This document shows, in pieces, positions 27,001 through 40,870 of a DNA stretch of 64,000 nucleotides. Under the pieces are notes generated by a model. That model made no database searches, was not told the origin of the DNA, and worked only from the letters and a program-made list of their open reading frames with translations. Both the position numbers and the translations under genes were made by a program. Numbering within the stretch: the stretch's first letter is position 1; each line of letters begins with the position of its first letter. The stretch lies in the NCBI GenBank assembly GCA_001600815.1, contig BCKZ01000005.1:912875-976874 (forward strand), written 5' to 3'. This stretch comes from Alloascoidea hylecoeti (lineage: Eukaryota).

Positions 27001-30000
27001 TCCGGGAACAGTGTTAAGAATTTTGTCGTAACTGATGAAGGAACAGAATCTTTTTTAGTTAAACATGTAAAATCAAATAACATTGAATATTCATGATCCC
27101 ACATTTTACTTGCAACTTGAAATAATCGATAAACCACCATATCAGTATCATTTATTGCTGCTGAATCATAAAGACCAAGTGAACAGATAAGAAATGGTAA
27201 TCCATCTGAAACACCTTCAGTAACAATTTGTTTTTCAAGCATAGGACCAAAATCTTTGGCTTTATTTTTTGACATGAACTCATATAATGAACTTCCAACT
27301 TCACCAAATGATTCTTCTTTTGCCTTTTTCGCATGTGAAGAACCCGTATGCACTTTTGGTTGCCCAATTGATTCGATTAATTCTTCTAGTCTAATATAGG
27401 ATGAAGAAATATCAGAAACTGATAATTCAGCTGACGAAATTGTGCTTCCAGCATAGCTGACGGAATCCAATGTACTTCTATGGAAACTTCTTAGTGAGCC
27501 TCCTGTGGATGTTTCCTGACCTACTGCTGTTGCCTTTGCGTGAATTTCATCCCAGTTATTATAAAGGTAGTCATGAATATAACTCATATATTTCTGATCA
27601 ATAGCAAATGATTTTGAATCGGAATTACCATTTGAATTACTAACTTGATTATTATTAACATCAACAATAGATTCTTGGAATTGATCCAAAAATGAATCAG
27701 CATTTATAAATAAACTGTTCTCATTATTTGAATCAGCAGCTTTTTTCATGAATGATACAATTTCTTCATTAATTTTATTTAAATCATTCATTTTTTCGTA
27801 CAATAATGGCAACTTTAAAGAATATAATGAACCATTTGCCATATTTTGAATAATTTTTGCAATTAACAATAAAGATCTTCGAACTTCTCTCCTTGGCTGA
27901 TGTTTTAATATGACACCCTCTGCTTCTGGAGCGACAATTGCGGGACAGAAAAATCTCAGGAATAAGAATGAACCAACAGAAGTTATTGCAGCTTCTGGAT
28001 ATCTTGGTGAAACTGCTTTAAAAATCGTATAACAAATGTCTTTAAAAGATTTTGGCATTATATTAAGAGAATTATAAAAAGCATTTGAGAAAGATGATAA
28101 TGACCACATAAACTTATCAACATTTTCCTTTGCTTTAGACTCTTGGCCAATCTTATCGACACTTAATTCAAATACATATTTTTCCGGTGAGTCAACAAAT
28201 GATTGGATTAATGGGCCAATAGTTGAGTTCAAATATTCTCCACCATATTTTTTAGAATATAGAGCTAACATTCTTGAAGCAACACTATTTCGTCTTAATA
28301 AATCAACAACACGGGTTGTATTTTGAATTTCTCTGGCAACCAATAATTTCAATAGCACAAGACTATTCCCGTTATTTTCAAATAATTCTAACAATGCAAT
28401 AGCTAACGAATCAACCTCACTTGCTGGACAATGATCACATATATTAGCACAAATCAATGGGTTCTCGGATAAGAATTTCATTAAATCGATATATTTCTCG
28501 ACTTCACCCTCACCAAAGTTATTGGCTAAACCTTGTTGTATAATGGTTGTAAAAACTTTGATGAAACTTGTTCTTATCTTTGGATTTTTATGATATCCAA
28601 TTGGTAAACCAAATTTTAAACCTACATCTGGATTACCTTTTAATAAATTAGTTAAACATTCAATAATATAATTACAAAATGATACAGATCTTTGATTTGT
28701 TAATCTATTATCATTGGCGCTTGAAGTAGAAGAGATGGTCTTTGCAATAAAACTACCGTTAGCATGACCATTTGTTGCAGAGCCAGTAACTTGTGATGCA
28801 CTAGAATTTGAAGTTGATTCTTGCAAGTGGTACTTTTCCAAACCACGCAATAATAATGAGAAAAATCCACCACAAATAGTTGATTTTGCCTCTAAATAAT
28901 CCTCTTCTGTTGTTATATTTTGTTGGACTTCAATTGAAACACCTCGACTCATAAGTGAAACAGCTTTGATTGATTCTAAAGCATAATCTGAATAAATATA
29001 GTCGGCTTCATTATATCTTTTCAAACCTTCAATCAACGGTGGAGATGGTGGCAGCATTGTACTTTGAGAAGATTTCTCTCCAACAGAATTTGAACTGTCA
29101 TTACCAAAGGTAGCCTTTTCAAACCATGATAGTAGAATAGTAATTAGTTGATACCTTAATTTTGATGATAACCGCAACGACATTATATCTTGATTTGAGA
29201 CCAAATCACTACAAACTTTTGCAGCTCTTATTCTCATTTTGATGATTGTTAAATCATTTGCATTCAAACTAATGTTATTATTATTCGATTTTGTATCTGA
29301 ATTTAAATAAACCATAATTAGATGCAAGACATTTATAGTTGATTGAGACATTGGGATCCTCTCACTACAGCATCTTGTGATAGCTGACTTAATCAATGAA
29401 GTAACTGTGTCAACCATTCTTATTATTTGATCTTTTGAACCGGTTTCCAATGTTTTCTTAGTTAATGTTTCTATTGATGTAAAAACAGAAGGTAAAGCAT
29501 AAATACTGAATTCTCTCGATAATATTTCTCTAGCAGCTTCACGGATCTGTATATTTGGAGATGATAAGAAATTAACAACTTGACTTATAAAATCCTCAAT
29601 TACCGGAATTAATTCTGCAACTCTTGTATTTGTTTCTGGATCACTTGCTATTATACAATCACATAGACAGGATAATAATGAAGCAAAATTTCTTCGCGTC
29701 TTATCATAAATTGTTCTATAATCTTTCTCTTCATCGTATGATGTGAATTTACCTAAAATAATTTCCCAGGCTTTCATTATTCCATCAGTTGGTACCTTAA
29801 AATCCAATACAATTTTCCTAATTCTTTTCTGTAATGCGACCTGCCCAGTGATTATGAATGATTCACTAAAGAATTCTTTATATTGATCGGAATTAAATAA
29901 TAATGGGCACGTTGCCATCGTATTATTATATGTTGCAAAACCACATTCTAAAACAGATTTTAAGGCTTTTACAGCAACTTTATAGATATCAATGTTGGTC

Positions 30001-32351
30001 GAACACATACAAATTAAAAAGGCAGTTTCAAAAGATGAGTAAAGCTTTTGTCTTATTTCCAAGCTTTCAAGTTTTGTTATATCACCATCACAAATATTTA
30101 AAAGATTATATCGTTCAGCGATAAATGCTCTTGCTTTGCAAAGTTCAGCAATCATATTTAAAAATCCAATAAGCCTGGGATCATTTATATCGATTTCAAT
30201 AATCTTGTCAGCAAGTGCCATAACAACATAACCACAGGCACCATAGCATGGTAAAACAGGAGTATTTGTGTGTAAAGTGACATCAGAAGGGTTAAAAGAG
30301 CCTAGCCTTGATGGTTGTAAATAGGCTAAAAGATATTGGGAAACACTTTCAACAAGATCAGCATCATAATCAACAAGACATGTAATGATCGGATCCATAT
30401 CCGTATTATCAAACTTTATTCTAACTTGCTCTTCTATACCCGTGTTATAACCTTGAAAAAAAGTATATGGATTTGGCATAAAAGCATGAAAAACGTTGAT
30501 CAAAATCGGTAGACTAACTGCTTCGGAATTATTTGTTGACATTGAACGTTTTGAAGAGGAAGAAGCACTAATAGCTCGGGCTTTTAATAATAATCTCGAA
30601 TGTTTTCTAATCAAAGCTCTTAAAGTTGGAGCATTTTGCTCCATAATCTTTTGATAAATTGATGTTGCGGATGGAACAGCGCCAATTGCTCTGAAAGCAC
30701 TTGATAGACCACAAACGGTTGCCGGTTCGATGTCCTGTACTCGACCAAACCTTTTTGAAACTGCCATCGCTGCTAGTTCTGGTTTAATTAATGAGATGTT
30801 GATAAAATATGAACAAAATAATTGTATAACTACAGGTGATAAATCATCCTTGAAATAATCAAAATATGATAATTCTTCTTCAAAGACTGATAAATAAAAC
30901 TTAATTATTGGATTTGAATGATCAAATCTACTTATTGCTGATGCGACACAACCAATATTTTCAATACATATTAAACAGGTCTCATTAGGCATAACTTGTT
31001 GCTTTTTGGTATGAATAAATTGAGATTTTAAATAGCTTAAAAATTTAACTTTCTTAGTGTTGGTTGTGAATCTCTTAAGACCACCAATAGCTATTGGATT
31101 ATTACTATTGATATTATTTAAGAAAGAATTAAAAGAACTTTGTGAAAAACAGATTAAAATTGATAAAAACCTTATCAAAGTTGATTGATATTTATTCGAA
31201 TTTTCCATTAATGAATACATATAATCAAAAAATCCATTTGCTTCAACTGATAATGGAGATCCCTCCGATGTAACTTTTAATAATTCATCCTGTCTTGCAA
31301 TTATCCAATATTCTAAACTTTTTGAAAAATAATTAAATATTAGAGATTGGAATAAAGGGGACCTCATCGCTGGTAATAAACTCCACATTTCTTTAAATAG
31401 CATAGCAATTGAATTTTCATCAAGATAAACATAAGCAAGTAGATCAATATTCGGTATTATTTCCGACTCATCGGATGTAATATTCTTTAAAAGGTCGATT
31501 TGAGATATTATGATTGAGAAAGATTCAGTCCAATTTGAAGCTGATAAATAGCGTATCATTTGAATGCAATACTCATCGATTTCCTCAATCAAAACTTTAT
31601 ATGGATGAGAGTCACTGCCACTGCTGTGGTTATTAGATAGTTGATAATTACCATTTGTTATGACTAAGATTTCCTCAACTATTAAAAACTGCGATCTTAT
31701 ATTTAGTAAATGATCGTACAATTTCCGTACTACATTAATATCTTGGTTTTGTGGCAATATAGTGTGATATTTTAAAAAAGGTTTAACATAACCGGTTTGA
31801 CCAAAGGAAAGTGGTACTCTTCCCTTTCTAACGGGAGTTGGCTCTGCAGCATCCCAATTTGATTCTGTGCATTCGGACAATAGCTTCATCACAATAACAA
31901 TGGAACTCAAGGAATAAATATCTCTCTTCGTTATCGGTTCATAATGATCTCTCTATATTGATAGGGTAAGGAATGTTAGATTTTTTGTTTAGGTTAAAGT
32001 TTAACGCAACCCCGATCGCACATATAATATAAGACATACCTTTGCTATTATATCCAACAAAGAAATAAAACCAAGTAAAACTTGGGAGATCAGATGGGTT
32101 TTTGAAACGGAGAGCAAGGTTTCTTTTGTTTGAAGAAATGATTTATCAAGCTCAACATCTTCGATGCTGTGTCCAGTCTCAAAGGGAAGCTAGTCGAATG
32201 AAAATTGTAAAGACAATAAATTTAACGTTAGATCAACCACAACGAAAAAATATGTTGGATTTTGAGGGACAAAGCTTACCAATTTCACCAGTTGGGTGAC
32301 CAGCTTGGGTATAAGACTAATGTCGGAGGAAGGTTTTTCCATAGTCACCAT
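24039..32351 (-). CDS. IRA2: Neurofibromin-like Ras GTPase-activating protein (Ira1/Ira2); introns 32190-32279 and 31953-32039
   Basis: RasGAP motifs LLRRNS, FLFLRFFCPAIVAP and KIIQNMAN. Two extra upstream exons join in frame (MVTMEKPSSDISLIPKLVTQLVKL|LPFETG...). IRA1 versus IRA2 cannot be resolved. Confidence 0.88.
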
Positions 32352-35300
32352 TTTGACAATATTAGAGAAATATGGAGGAGAGGGAAATTGAAATTTGAAG
32401 GCCGGCCTGGTTGGTTAAGTACTTTATGTATATGCTGGCTGATGTTGCAGCAGATTGTTGCAGGAGACTGCTTATCCACATAGCTTTGACATCGGGATGA
32501 TCGTATGTATACACACAAAATATTATATCCATATAACAACTCTAATTCTCTTTTTTGTCTATTTTTTTGGGTTTTTGTCTTCTATTGCTAGCTATAGTGG
32601 GGGTGGATCTATAAGGCGGATGTTGTCACTTTCAATGGTGTTGGTAACTGTAAACCTTCAATCGTGATATCAAACTTTTTGTTCATAGTCATGGACTTGC
32701 AATTGTCAATTAAATATTTATATCTAATTATAATCCGTTTATTATCATTTAATATCTGGTGATAAATACATCAACCATGACCATAACTACTTATAATTAT
32801 GTATGGCTGTATGTTGTAAATATATTTTTATTGCATTATAATTTCATACCTATTGGACTATTAATACATGTATTCTGGTTAACATACCGAATCCGTAATG
32901 ATGCCTTTAGAAATGATGATTCTTACAGAACCTGACAACCTTCGGGATTTCACATAACATCTAACATTGGAAATCACCGCGGTGACTAATTTGATCTCTA
33001 GAAATATTTATCATTTGTGGTTTTATTATAGGCTTTAGGGTATTTTCGTGTAAGTTACCCTGATTGGAAATCTTTCATAAGCCCAATGTGGATTTTTTAT
33101 TCATCAATCCGCACAACCGCCCCATAAAATTCAGAATAATACAGTTGTCTATTATTCAAATCTCGTATTCATATTCGAAATTTTCCTTTATTAAATTTGC
33201 TTCTAGAATTCTATTTATCATGCAAATTCCATTTATCATGTTGAATTCGAAGGTATAACATATATAAATTGATAGTCAAATTTACAATTTCATGATGTGT
33301 ATTTGCTTCAATTGCAACGTTAACGTGTAGCTATATAAATTCAAAGGATCATACATAAAATTTATCGGCATTCGATTGTGAACCATTTTCTTGATTATTA
33401 TTGTTGTGTGAAGTCAAAGAATATTTCCTGTTTTTCTCTTGAATATTGATATATTACAGATATCGGCTGTAGTTTAAGACTTTTTTTAAAAAAGTATTGG
33501 TCAAGTATATGCATATTATTAATATTATATTATACAAGCTTATATTAGAGATATTAATGTAATTAACATGCTAATTAATAATTATAAGGTATATTATTGT
33601 CTCAAATCTCCACAATTGTAAAATTGAAAAAGAAAAGAAAAGAGCTTATAAGATACTTCGGATTGATATTAAATTACGTATCCAGATAAAGATGGATATC
33701 TACAGAAAGTTTGATACCATAACTTACAATCTTAATGCTATGTATGGTTGAGATTGTAGAAATTCGAGCTCTTTTTATATAGCTTTTTTGATTCACCCAT
33801 GACCAGGTATAACAAAAATTCAACGATGGCGTAACACTATGGAATTTTAATACCAGCATCGTATAATTAAATGAAATTATAAATGAGACAGTTTCAAATT
33901 GAATAAATTTATTATAATTAATTATTAGACTTACTGCACAAACGTTTTCCACAGCAAAACCGAGAAAGATATTATATTATTAATAGTTTAAAAATCAAAT
34001 GATTCTTACATTAGCACTTATTAATTACATGAGACTTTTACATTATAATAGCTTATGTGAATATCATCATCACCACATAGTTTTAGCCTACTTGATCTCT
34101 CTTTCGGGTTTGTTTAATCTAGAAGTAGGAATTGTTTATATTTGGAGGAGACTTTAAGGTGATTTGAATTACAGTAATTGTAAAACTTAAAGTTGATACG
34201 ATTTCATAATCACTTATATAATTAACTTATTTCTTTACTTTTGATACTTTGCAATCATAATTGAGCATAATCAATTATGATCACCATATGAAATTAAGCT
34301 TCAAATAAAACGAATGGAATCATTTTATTTTAGCATCATAAATGTTGGATATTGGCATATTGCTCAAGGAATATTGATTGTAACTGTGCAGATGATTGAT
34401 TTGTAATTGATTGATTGTACAACACTCCTCCGTTTCTTTAAATGTGATCTATTTTGAAATTGCCCATCGGTGCAATATTAAGGGCCCTTTTTGTACTTAT
34501 AAAGTCAATTATAATAATTGCATAATAAGCTTTACAATTGGTGTTCTATTATTCTAAATTATCGTATAAAAAGCAATTAATTAATTACTTCCGTATATAT
34601 GAATTTATGAAAGGTTCCGTAACATGAAACAAACAGAACGTTGTTATTAATTAAGCTTAAGCAGAAGCTTCTCTTAAAATTAACATGAATATAATTATAA
34701 TAATGATAAAGGTAGCTATAACTTTAATTCTTGATCAAATATTTCTTTCTTTGTATCCCCAATTGGATTGCAACTCCCTTTTGGTAAATATTTTTCTTTG
34801 AATAGTTAGGTTTATCATACATTTTTGTATACGATAACGTGTGATTACTAATAAGTCTATAATCAGATGTACTATTTGAAATTATAAGGTAGTAATTAAT
34901 TATCCATATATGTTGCAAGGGATATCTATGATGAGGTACCACTTACAGTAAACTATAGCATTATTTATGTACTGCTGCTATTAAATGCATTTTTAAAATC
35001 ATCGAATATCCTTACGGGGTTCGCCTTGATAATTAATAGAGTTTATAACTCAATTGAAATAAGATTATTAGCCATTGGAAGCGGAGGTAAACCAATATAA
35101 GATCTTACATGTATGATTTAGATATCACAATATAATTGTGGTATGATATTTAGATGCAATTTATTCCGTTATAAGCGTTGCAATTGGGAAAATGAAAAAT
35201 CAATTTATAATTAATAAATTAATTGCACGAGGTAACATCCAAAATATTACAGTATATTATATAAATAAAATATTTATAGATACGTTGATTTTATAATTAT

Positions 35301-37730
35301 ATTAAATCTGGTTTTTAATTTTTAATGTTACAATTGAAATAAAAGCAGCTGTATTATTGATTTGAAATATATTGTTTAACTTGTCATGATGATGGAAACT
35401 CGATGCTTTACTTGTTTGTCCACTCATGTCATTATTATGATCCTAATTAACAAGAAGTAAAATATAAATATACAAAAAGGTGTACCAAAAACAACAATTA
35501 TCGATCTTGAATTTTAATCATTATGATAAAAAATTCCTTTTGGTGAGAAATATTTTTTGTTAATATAAATTCTCCATATCAATTAGTGAAATCAATTCGT
35601 AGTAAATAATTGTTAATAAAATTCGTAATTATAACAAATGTTTATCCCGATTCACAATCTATTCCCCGAAAGGTGAATATGAACTAACTGAAATAGAAAT
35701 GCAACAACGTCACTCAAAGAAACAAAACGTAATTGAATTTCGTCATTTGACTCAAACTTATTTCATCTCTTTAGCTAAAGCGTTATATGGGAACAATCGA
35801 TTTAGCGACATCTTAGTGTTAGTATTGAAGACGAAAGAGATTGACCGTTTATGAAAAGTATTTAATGCCCAAGATCAAGAAAAGGTATATTTATTCTGGA
35901 AATTAAGAGGAAGTATATTTAGAATAGCAATTGTCTAAAAGGTCATAGAATGATCTTTCCTATAGTAACTACATTATAAAAGAGCTGCAACTAACATGAC
36001 ACTTCCAGAAACAAAAACAAAGCATCTGACACAAACACAAACATAAGTATGGGCACAATCCCCTCTGTATTCATAAGTTTATAGTTTGAATTTAATTGCA
36101 GAAGATTATTCACACATATCGCTCTTTTCTTTTTGTATTTTTGAACAAGCCTGGAAGCTTTACTGTATAAGATGATATCAATACTATAGATATAGACTAA
36201 CTACACATATAAACAAACTAAATATTATCATTGATTACTTATAATTTTTCTTCATCTAGCTATCTATTCTAGCGCTTATGATGGACGCGTTCTAGTAATT
36301 GATGTAGTATAATCTTCATTTTAAGTGCCCCGCACCTTAAAACAGATTAGATATTGAAATTGACAGGCTATAATTATATAGAGTCAATTATTATTACAAC
36401 GCTAAAAATTACTGATGTTATGTTTCAAAGCTAGTTACTGGCGCTTCTCTGCAATTGGATTCCATTAATGAGATTATTTTTAACAGCCGTTAACGTTATA
36501 ATAATCAACTATTTTCCCTAAAAATTAAATATAGATCTCCCCTTGATCGACTGATTTGTTACCCAGAAATAGTAGGTTTAAATGATGCTTTTAATAGTTG
36601 ATCATAGATTCAATGAGGAACCTTTCTTATTCGGTCATCGGTATACATTTGCATTAGCATACTGGTCTAGAAAATGTTGCGTTTTATCACTTCGAGATTT
36701 AGCGTGTAGAATTCTCTGACGTTTTAGTTGGTCTGTGCGTTCAGAACACCATACTAATACTGATACTCTACTTGCTACACTTTTATGAATTATAATAATC
36801 ATCATGCGAACCAAAACTCAGAGATATTGGTAGATATAATATTGCAGTTTTTCCTTCTATTCGTAGTTATGCCATACGCACGAGGTCGTTATAGCATTAT
36901 TTCTGAGTATAATAGAGAGATATTACAGACACTATAGCTACTTATGGACATTGGTGAATAAATATGGCCAATCCAAAAAAACAAAACAATAAATGTCACT
37001 GAAAAGGTACAACATTTTTGGAAAATCTGAAAACTTTAAACACCCCTTCCGCAAAATGTGAACACAATATCAAAGCCACTTCATTCATATATTGAAAACG
37101 AGTAATAGTAGATAAAATGAAAATGAAAGTCTTTCTGTTCCAAATTAATTTGTGTTCTTTGTTTAATATTTCGTCCCTTATTCTTAACTCTGTAGGTCCA
37201 TACAAATACATGTGAATCGCATGTGTAGGGTGTATGTATATGTATGCTGAGAATTACCGTATAGCGTAAACGCTACAGAATCTACAGATATACGCATATT
37301 CCTGACGACAAATTAAATTTTTCAAGAAGAAAAAAAAAGTTGTCCATTTTCAGTAATGTTAACGTGCACCACAGTGGTTTGGAAATCAATTAGCAATTTA
37401 TTGCCCATTATTTTGCAAATCAATTGGAATATATCTATATATAGGACATATACATGTAATATATGTATGAGGAAATTATTTCAAATTTCAAAGAAATTAG
37501 TAATAAAATATGCTTATTCAAACTTTCCGCTAATACAATACTCTTCGAAAATAACTTGACGAATAGTGGTAAAAAGTTACTGTATGCTTCTATATGTTTG
37601 AAACTAAGCTTGATATTAATACTATTCTTGATAATGATATGTAAAGATATAGGCTACAGGTACAAGCTTCGGTTACAACATACCGTTAATATTATATAAC
37701 AGCAAAAGCAAAATATGGATATCAATTATA

Positions 37731-38897
37731 TTAGTAGTTAAACAGAGATTTAATTTGATCTTCTTCATACCCAGCATTTAACGCAAGCATTAATAAATAT
37801 CTAGCCTTTTGAGGATTATGAACACCAGCACCTATGTAATCAGCACTATCATCATCAGTTCCAACATATCCTGTGCCAGTTCTCGTTGATGCTAAAATCG
37901 GTATTTTGTATTCCTCATGGACTTTTGTAATTGCTTCATAACCTTCTTCTGTCCAAGCTCCTGCTCCCATTCCGGCTATGACTAATCCTTTAGCTCCGTC
38001 AGCCGCGGCATCAATTAATAATTCAGGATTTAATCCTTGATATCCATATAAAATTTCAACAGATGGTAAATCAATTATAGCTGTATTTGATAAATCAAAA
38101 TATTGATACTTGGTTGCTCTTGCTGGTGGATAATAAAATAATGGTTTGGCATTATAAAAAAACCCAACATAGCCCTGTTCATAAGATTTAAAAGTATCTA
38201 AGGAATTTGCATTTGTTTTCGTTACATAATAAGCAGAAGCAATTCTGTCGTTAAGTACTACCATAACTCCTCGTCCTTTGCCTTCTTCAGATGCCGCCAA
38301 TGTAACCGATTCAAGTAAATTAAATGGACCATCGGCAGAAAGAGCAGTCGCTGGTCTCATTGCACCAACAACAACAATTGGTTTTTCTGTCTTTATTGTT
38401 GCATCTAAAAAGAATGCGGTTTCTTCTAATGAATCAGTACCATGTGTAACAACAACTCCCTGAACTGTATCCTTAGATAATTCAGCTGTTATTTCTAGCG
38501 ATAGATTATATAAATTTGAGGGTGTTATATAACCACTTGCGATATTTGAAAATTGAACTCCTGCAATGTTCGAAATATTAACTAACTCAGGGACAGCTTC
38601 GATTAATGTTTCAATACCTAAAGCACCAGCTTGATAACCAACGACTTGAGCTGATGATGAAGCTGACCCAGCAATAGTACCACCCGTTGCAAATATCGTT
38701 ACATTAGGAAGACTTGCATTATAAGTAATGAATTCTCTTCTGAAAATTTTTATTGTTTCGAAATCCAATTTTGAATTGTCTCGAACTCTTTTAAGACCGG
38801 TCAGTGGAATTGGCAATGCAAATAAAGATTGAATAAATCCAACGCCCAAAAAGCAAACACATAAAATTGCATTATTAAACATGTTATAAAACTTCAT
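37731..38897 (-). CDS. ASP3: Secreted/cell-wall L-asparaginase type II (Asp3-like)
   Basis: Hydrophobic signal peptide followed by a KR site; ATGGTIAG, HGTDSLEET and GAMRPATALSADGP motifs. Confidence 0.85.
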   Translation of the reverse strand: MKFYNMFNNAILCVCFLGVGFIQSLFALPIPLTGLKRVRDNSKLDFETIKIFRREFITYNASLPNVTIFATGGTIAGSASSSAQVVGYQAGALGIETLIEAVPELVNISNIAGVQFSNIASGYITPSNLYNLSLEITAELSKDTVQGVVVTHGTDSLEETAFFLDATIKTEKPIVVVGAMRPATALSADGPFNLLESVTLAASEEGKGRGVMVVLNDRIASAYYVTKTNANSLDTFKSYEQGYVGFFYNAKPLFYYPPARATKYQYFDLSNTAIIDLPSVEILYGYQGLNPELLIDAAADGAKGLVIAGMGAGAWTEEGYEAITKVHEEYKIPILASTRTGTGYVGTDDDSADYIGAGVHNPQKARYLLMLALNAGYEEDQIKSLFNY

Positions 38898-38978
38898 CCT
38901 TATAGTTTATAACCAAAGATGAATAGATCCCAGTGGTTTTATAAAAGTTTGGAATAATTGCGGATGGCAGCCCTAGCC

Positions 38979-39167
38979 GATAACGTTAACTCTACTATCT
39001 AATGATAATAACTAACCAATTAATCGATTTATTAAGATATGAAGATGCAGCTAGCGCTACAATTTGTGTGATCGCGATACTGCGATTGAATGGTGATAAG
39101 CAATAAACTTCAGTGCATTTGCGGGTGAGTTGATAATCATGGTTTCTCCTGAGATTTTATAAGATAA
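38979..39167. promoter_or_regulatory. Cluster of GATAA elements (nitrogen-catabolite-repression type) upstream of the asparaginase
   Basis: GATAA at 38979, 39004, 39095 (GATAAG), 39132 and 39163, within 270 bp of the ATG. Confidence 0.6.
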
Positions 39168-39616
39168 TAAGGTTATTCATTGGATATATATATTGCTATA
39201 GTAACTAATGATTATTAATGCTAATATAAATATTGCCGATATTAATTACATTTGCTGGGTATATTTTATAGCTGTAGAGCTCTATAGGTATAGTTATCCG
39301 GTAGTGTCAGAGACTTTAATACGGTTAAGCCAGCGTCGGTGTGCAAATTCGGATTGGTGGGTGGAACCGGAAATTATCAATTGTGCTTGTGATTTTTTAC
39401 GCCGATAATTACTAGTTTAAGCGTTATACATGCACTTATGAGTTTTCAGTATAGTTATTGCATAGAAAAAATTAGACTATTTAAACAGTATATATTCCCT
39501 TTAATAAAACTAATCTATCAGCTTAAAGCTGGTCAACTACAAAATTGGTGTTCGATATCGAAAGATTGAAGAATTGAGATTGATTATTGTGTTTAAGTAG
39601 TCTGTTAAAGTAATTA

Positions 39617-39975
39617 CACATAGTACTAATATTCGTCCAATTAATGCACCAAATAACCGGCCACATGAAACATTAATGGCTATGTCGATCATTAGCACCA
39701 GATGGCCGATATTTCTTCATTAAAATACCCTAATATTAGCTTATCATGTGTCCGGTTATTTAAAAAAGAGGACGAACATTTTTGCATCAGGTCCGATTAT
39801 CGAATTCAAAAATGGCGGAATATTTTGTTCATCAAGTGGTCGAATACTTAGTGAATTAACTGACGAATAATTACTTATCGGAGTTGGCTGACATTAACAC
39901 CTCATGTGGCCGAATATTATATCTCTAGTGTCGAATACTGTCCTTCAAGTGACCAAAATTAAAGTGAAGTGACTG
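39617..39975. mobile_element. Degenerate MITE with a periodic TGGCCGAATA subterminal array
   Basis: About 12 units at 21-24 bp spacing from 39703 to 39960. Right end in reverse complement is TA|CAGTCACTTCACTTTAATTTTGGTCAC. Inverted units (ATATTCGTCCA, ATAACCGGCCA) lie on the left; the left boundary is uncertain. Confidence 0.65.
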
Positions 39976-40160
39976 TACTAGCTTGTGCCGAGGCAACACC
40001 CACATACTAATGGAGTACTTCCTCCCACAATTCGGAGTGGAAATACTGTAAGCACATTTAAGACCGTGCACTAATAATGGGTCGCGGTGAGTACTGAACA
40101 ATTGATAAATATGTCTTACTTCCCGTACACATAATCAATCATTTGCTTTTATTTACAATA

Positions 40161-40244
40161 TAATTGGCTCCAAGCTACATAAAGTAATTGGTTTTTTTAC
40201 TGCGGCATAACTGGTCCAATTTGTTTATAACTTAGAGCCAATTA
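40161..40244. repeat. Imperfect inverted repeat (hairpin), probably a MITE remnant
   Basis: TAATTGGCTCCAAG ... CTTAGAGCCAATTA, with pairing extending imperfectly inward. Confidence 0.6.
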
Positions 40245-40358
40245 AAAGGCCGATTAATATAAATTTTATGGTGTTCTTCGTATTCCTTCCTCGAGCCCTA
40301 TTATACTAATCGTATCTGTTACTACACACATGTAGATCTACACGTATAAGGCTCTATA

Positions 40359-40543
40359 CAGTATTCTCGAACACTTGATCACTAAATAATCAAATACTTT
40401 ATCACTAAATATTCGGACATGCGATGAAATAATATTCGGACAGATTTACCCGAACCGAGTAAATGACCCACTGAATATAGAGGTGATTACTAAGATACCC
40501 GATTATTTAGTGATCAAGTATCCGATATTAAGTGAGAATACTG
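40359..40543. mobile_element. 185-bp MITE with TIRs and TA target-site duplication
   Basis: TA|CAGTATTCTC...GAGAATACTG|TA; inner inverted match ACTTGATCACTAAATAATC / GATTATTTAGTGATCAAGT; two internal AATATTCGGACA units. Confidence 0.85.
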
Positions 40544-40870
40544 TACTTAACTATAAAAATACCTACTAGTCATTATTGAAGTAGACTTTCTCACATTTTA
40601 TAAATTATTGATTATAACTAGGTAGTTATGTACACAGATATATTAATTATAATGAATATATGTATTAGTAGTTAAATTGAGAGGCATAAATTTATATTAA
40701 TGTTTCCATAATATAAAACAATTTAAATTTAAGGGTAACGTAAGGCATTATAGAGAGTTTAAAACAAAAATGAAAAACAAGATAAATTAATGATTATATT
40801 ATTATCATATCATACTTCAAGTTTTCTTTTAAAAATTTAAACACGCAACATCATTTTTAATTTGTATAGA

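Noticed and set aside
32913..32997. Box C/D snoRNA (ATGATGA...CTGA)
   Set aside because: No convincing terminal D box or stem, and no rRNA guide I can recognise
33674..33952. 92-aa minus-strand ORF or possible spliced gene
   Set aside because: Non-ATG start and no recognisable motifs; a GTAAGT donor is present but no coherent gene model could be built
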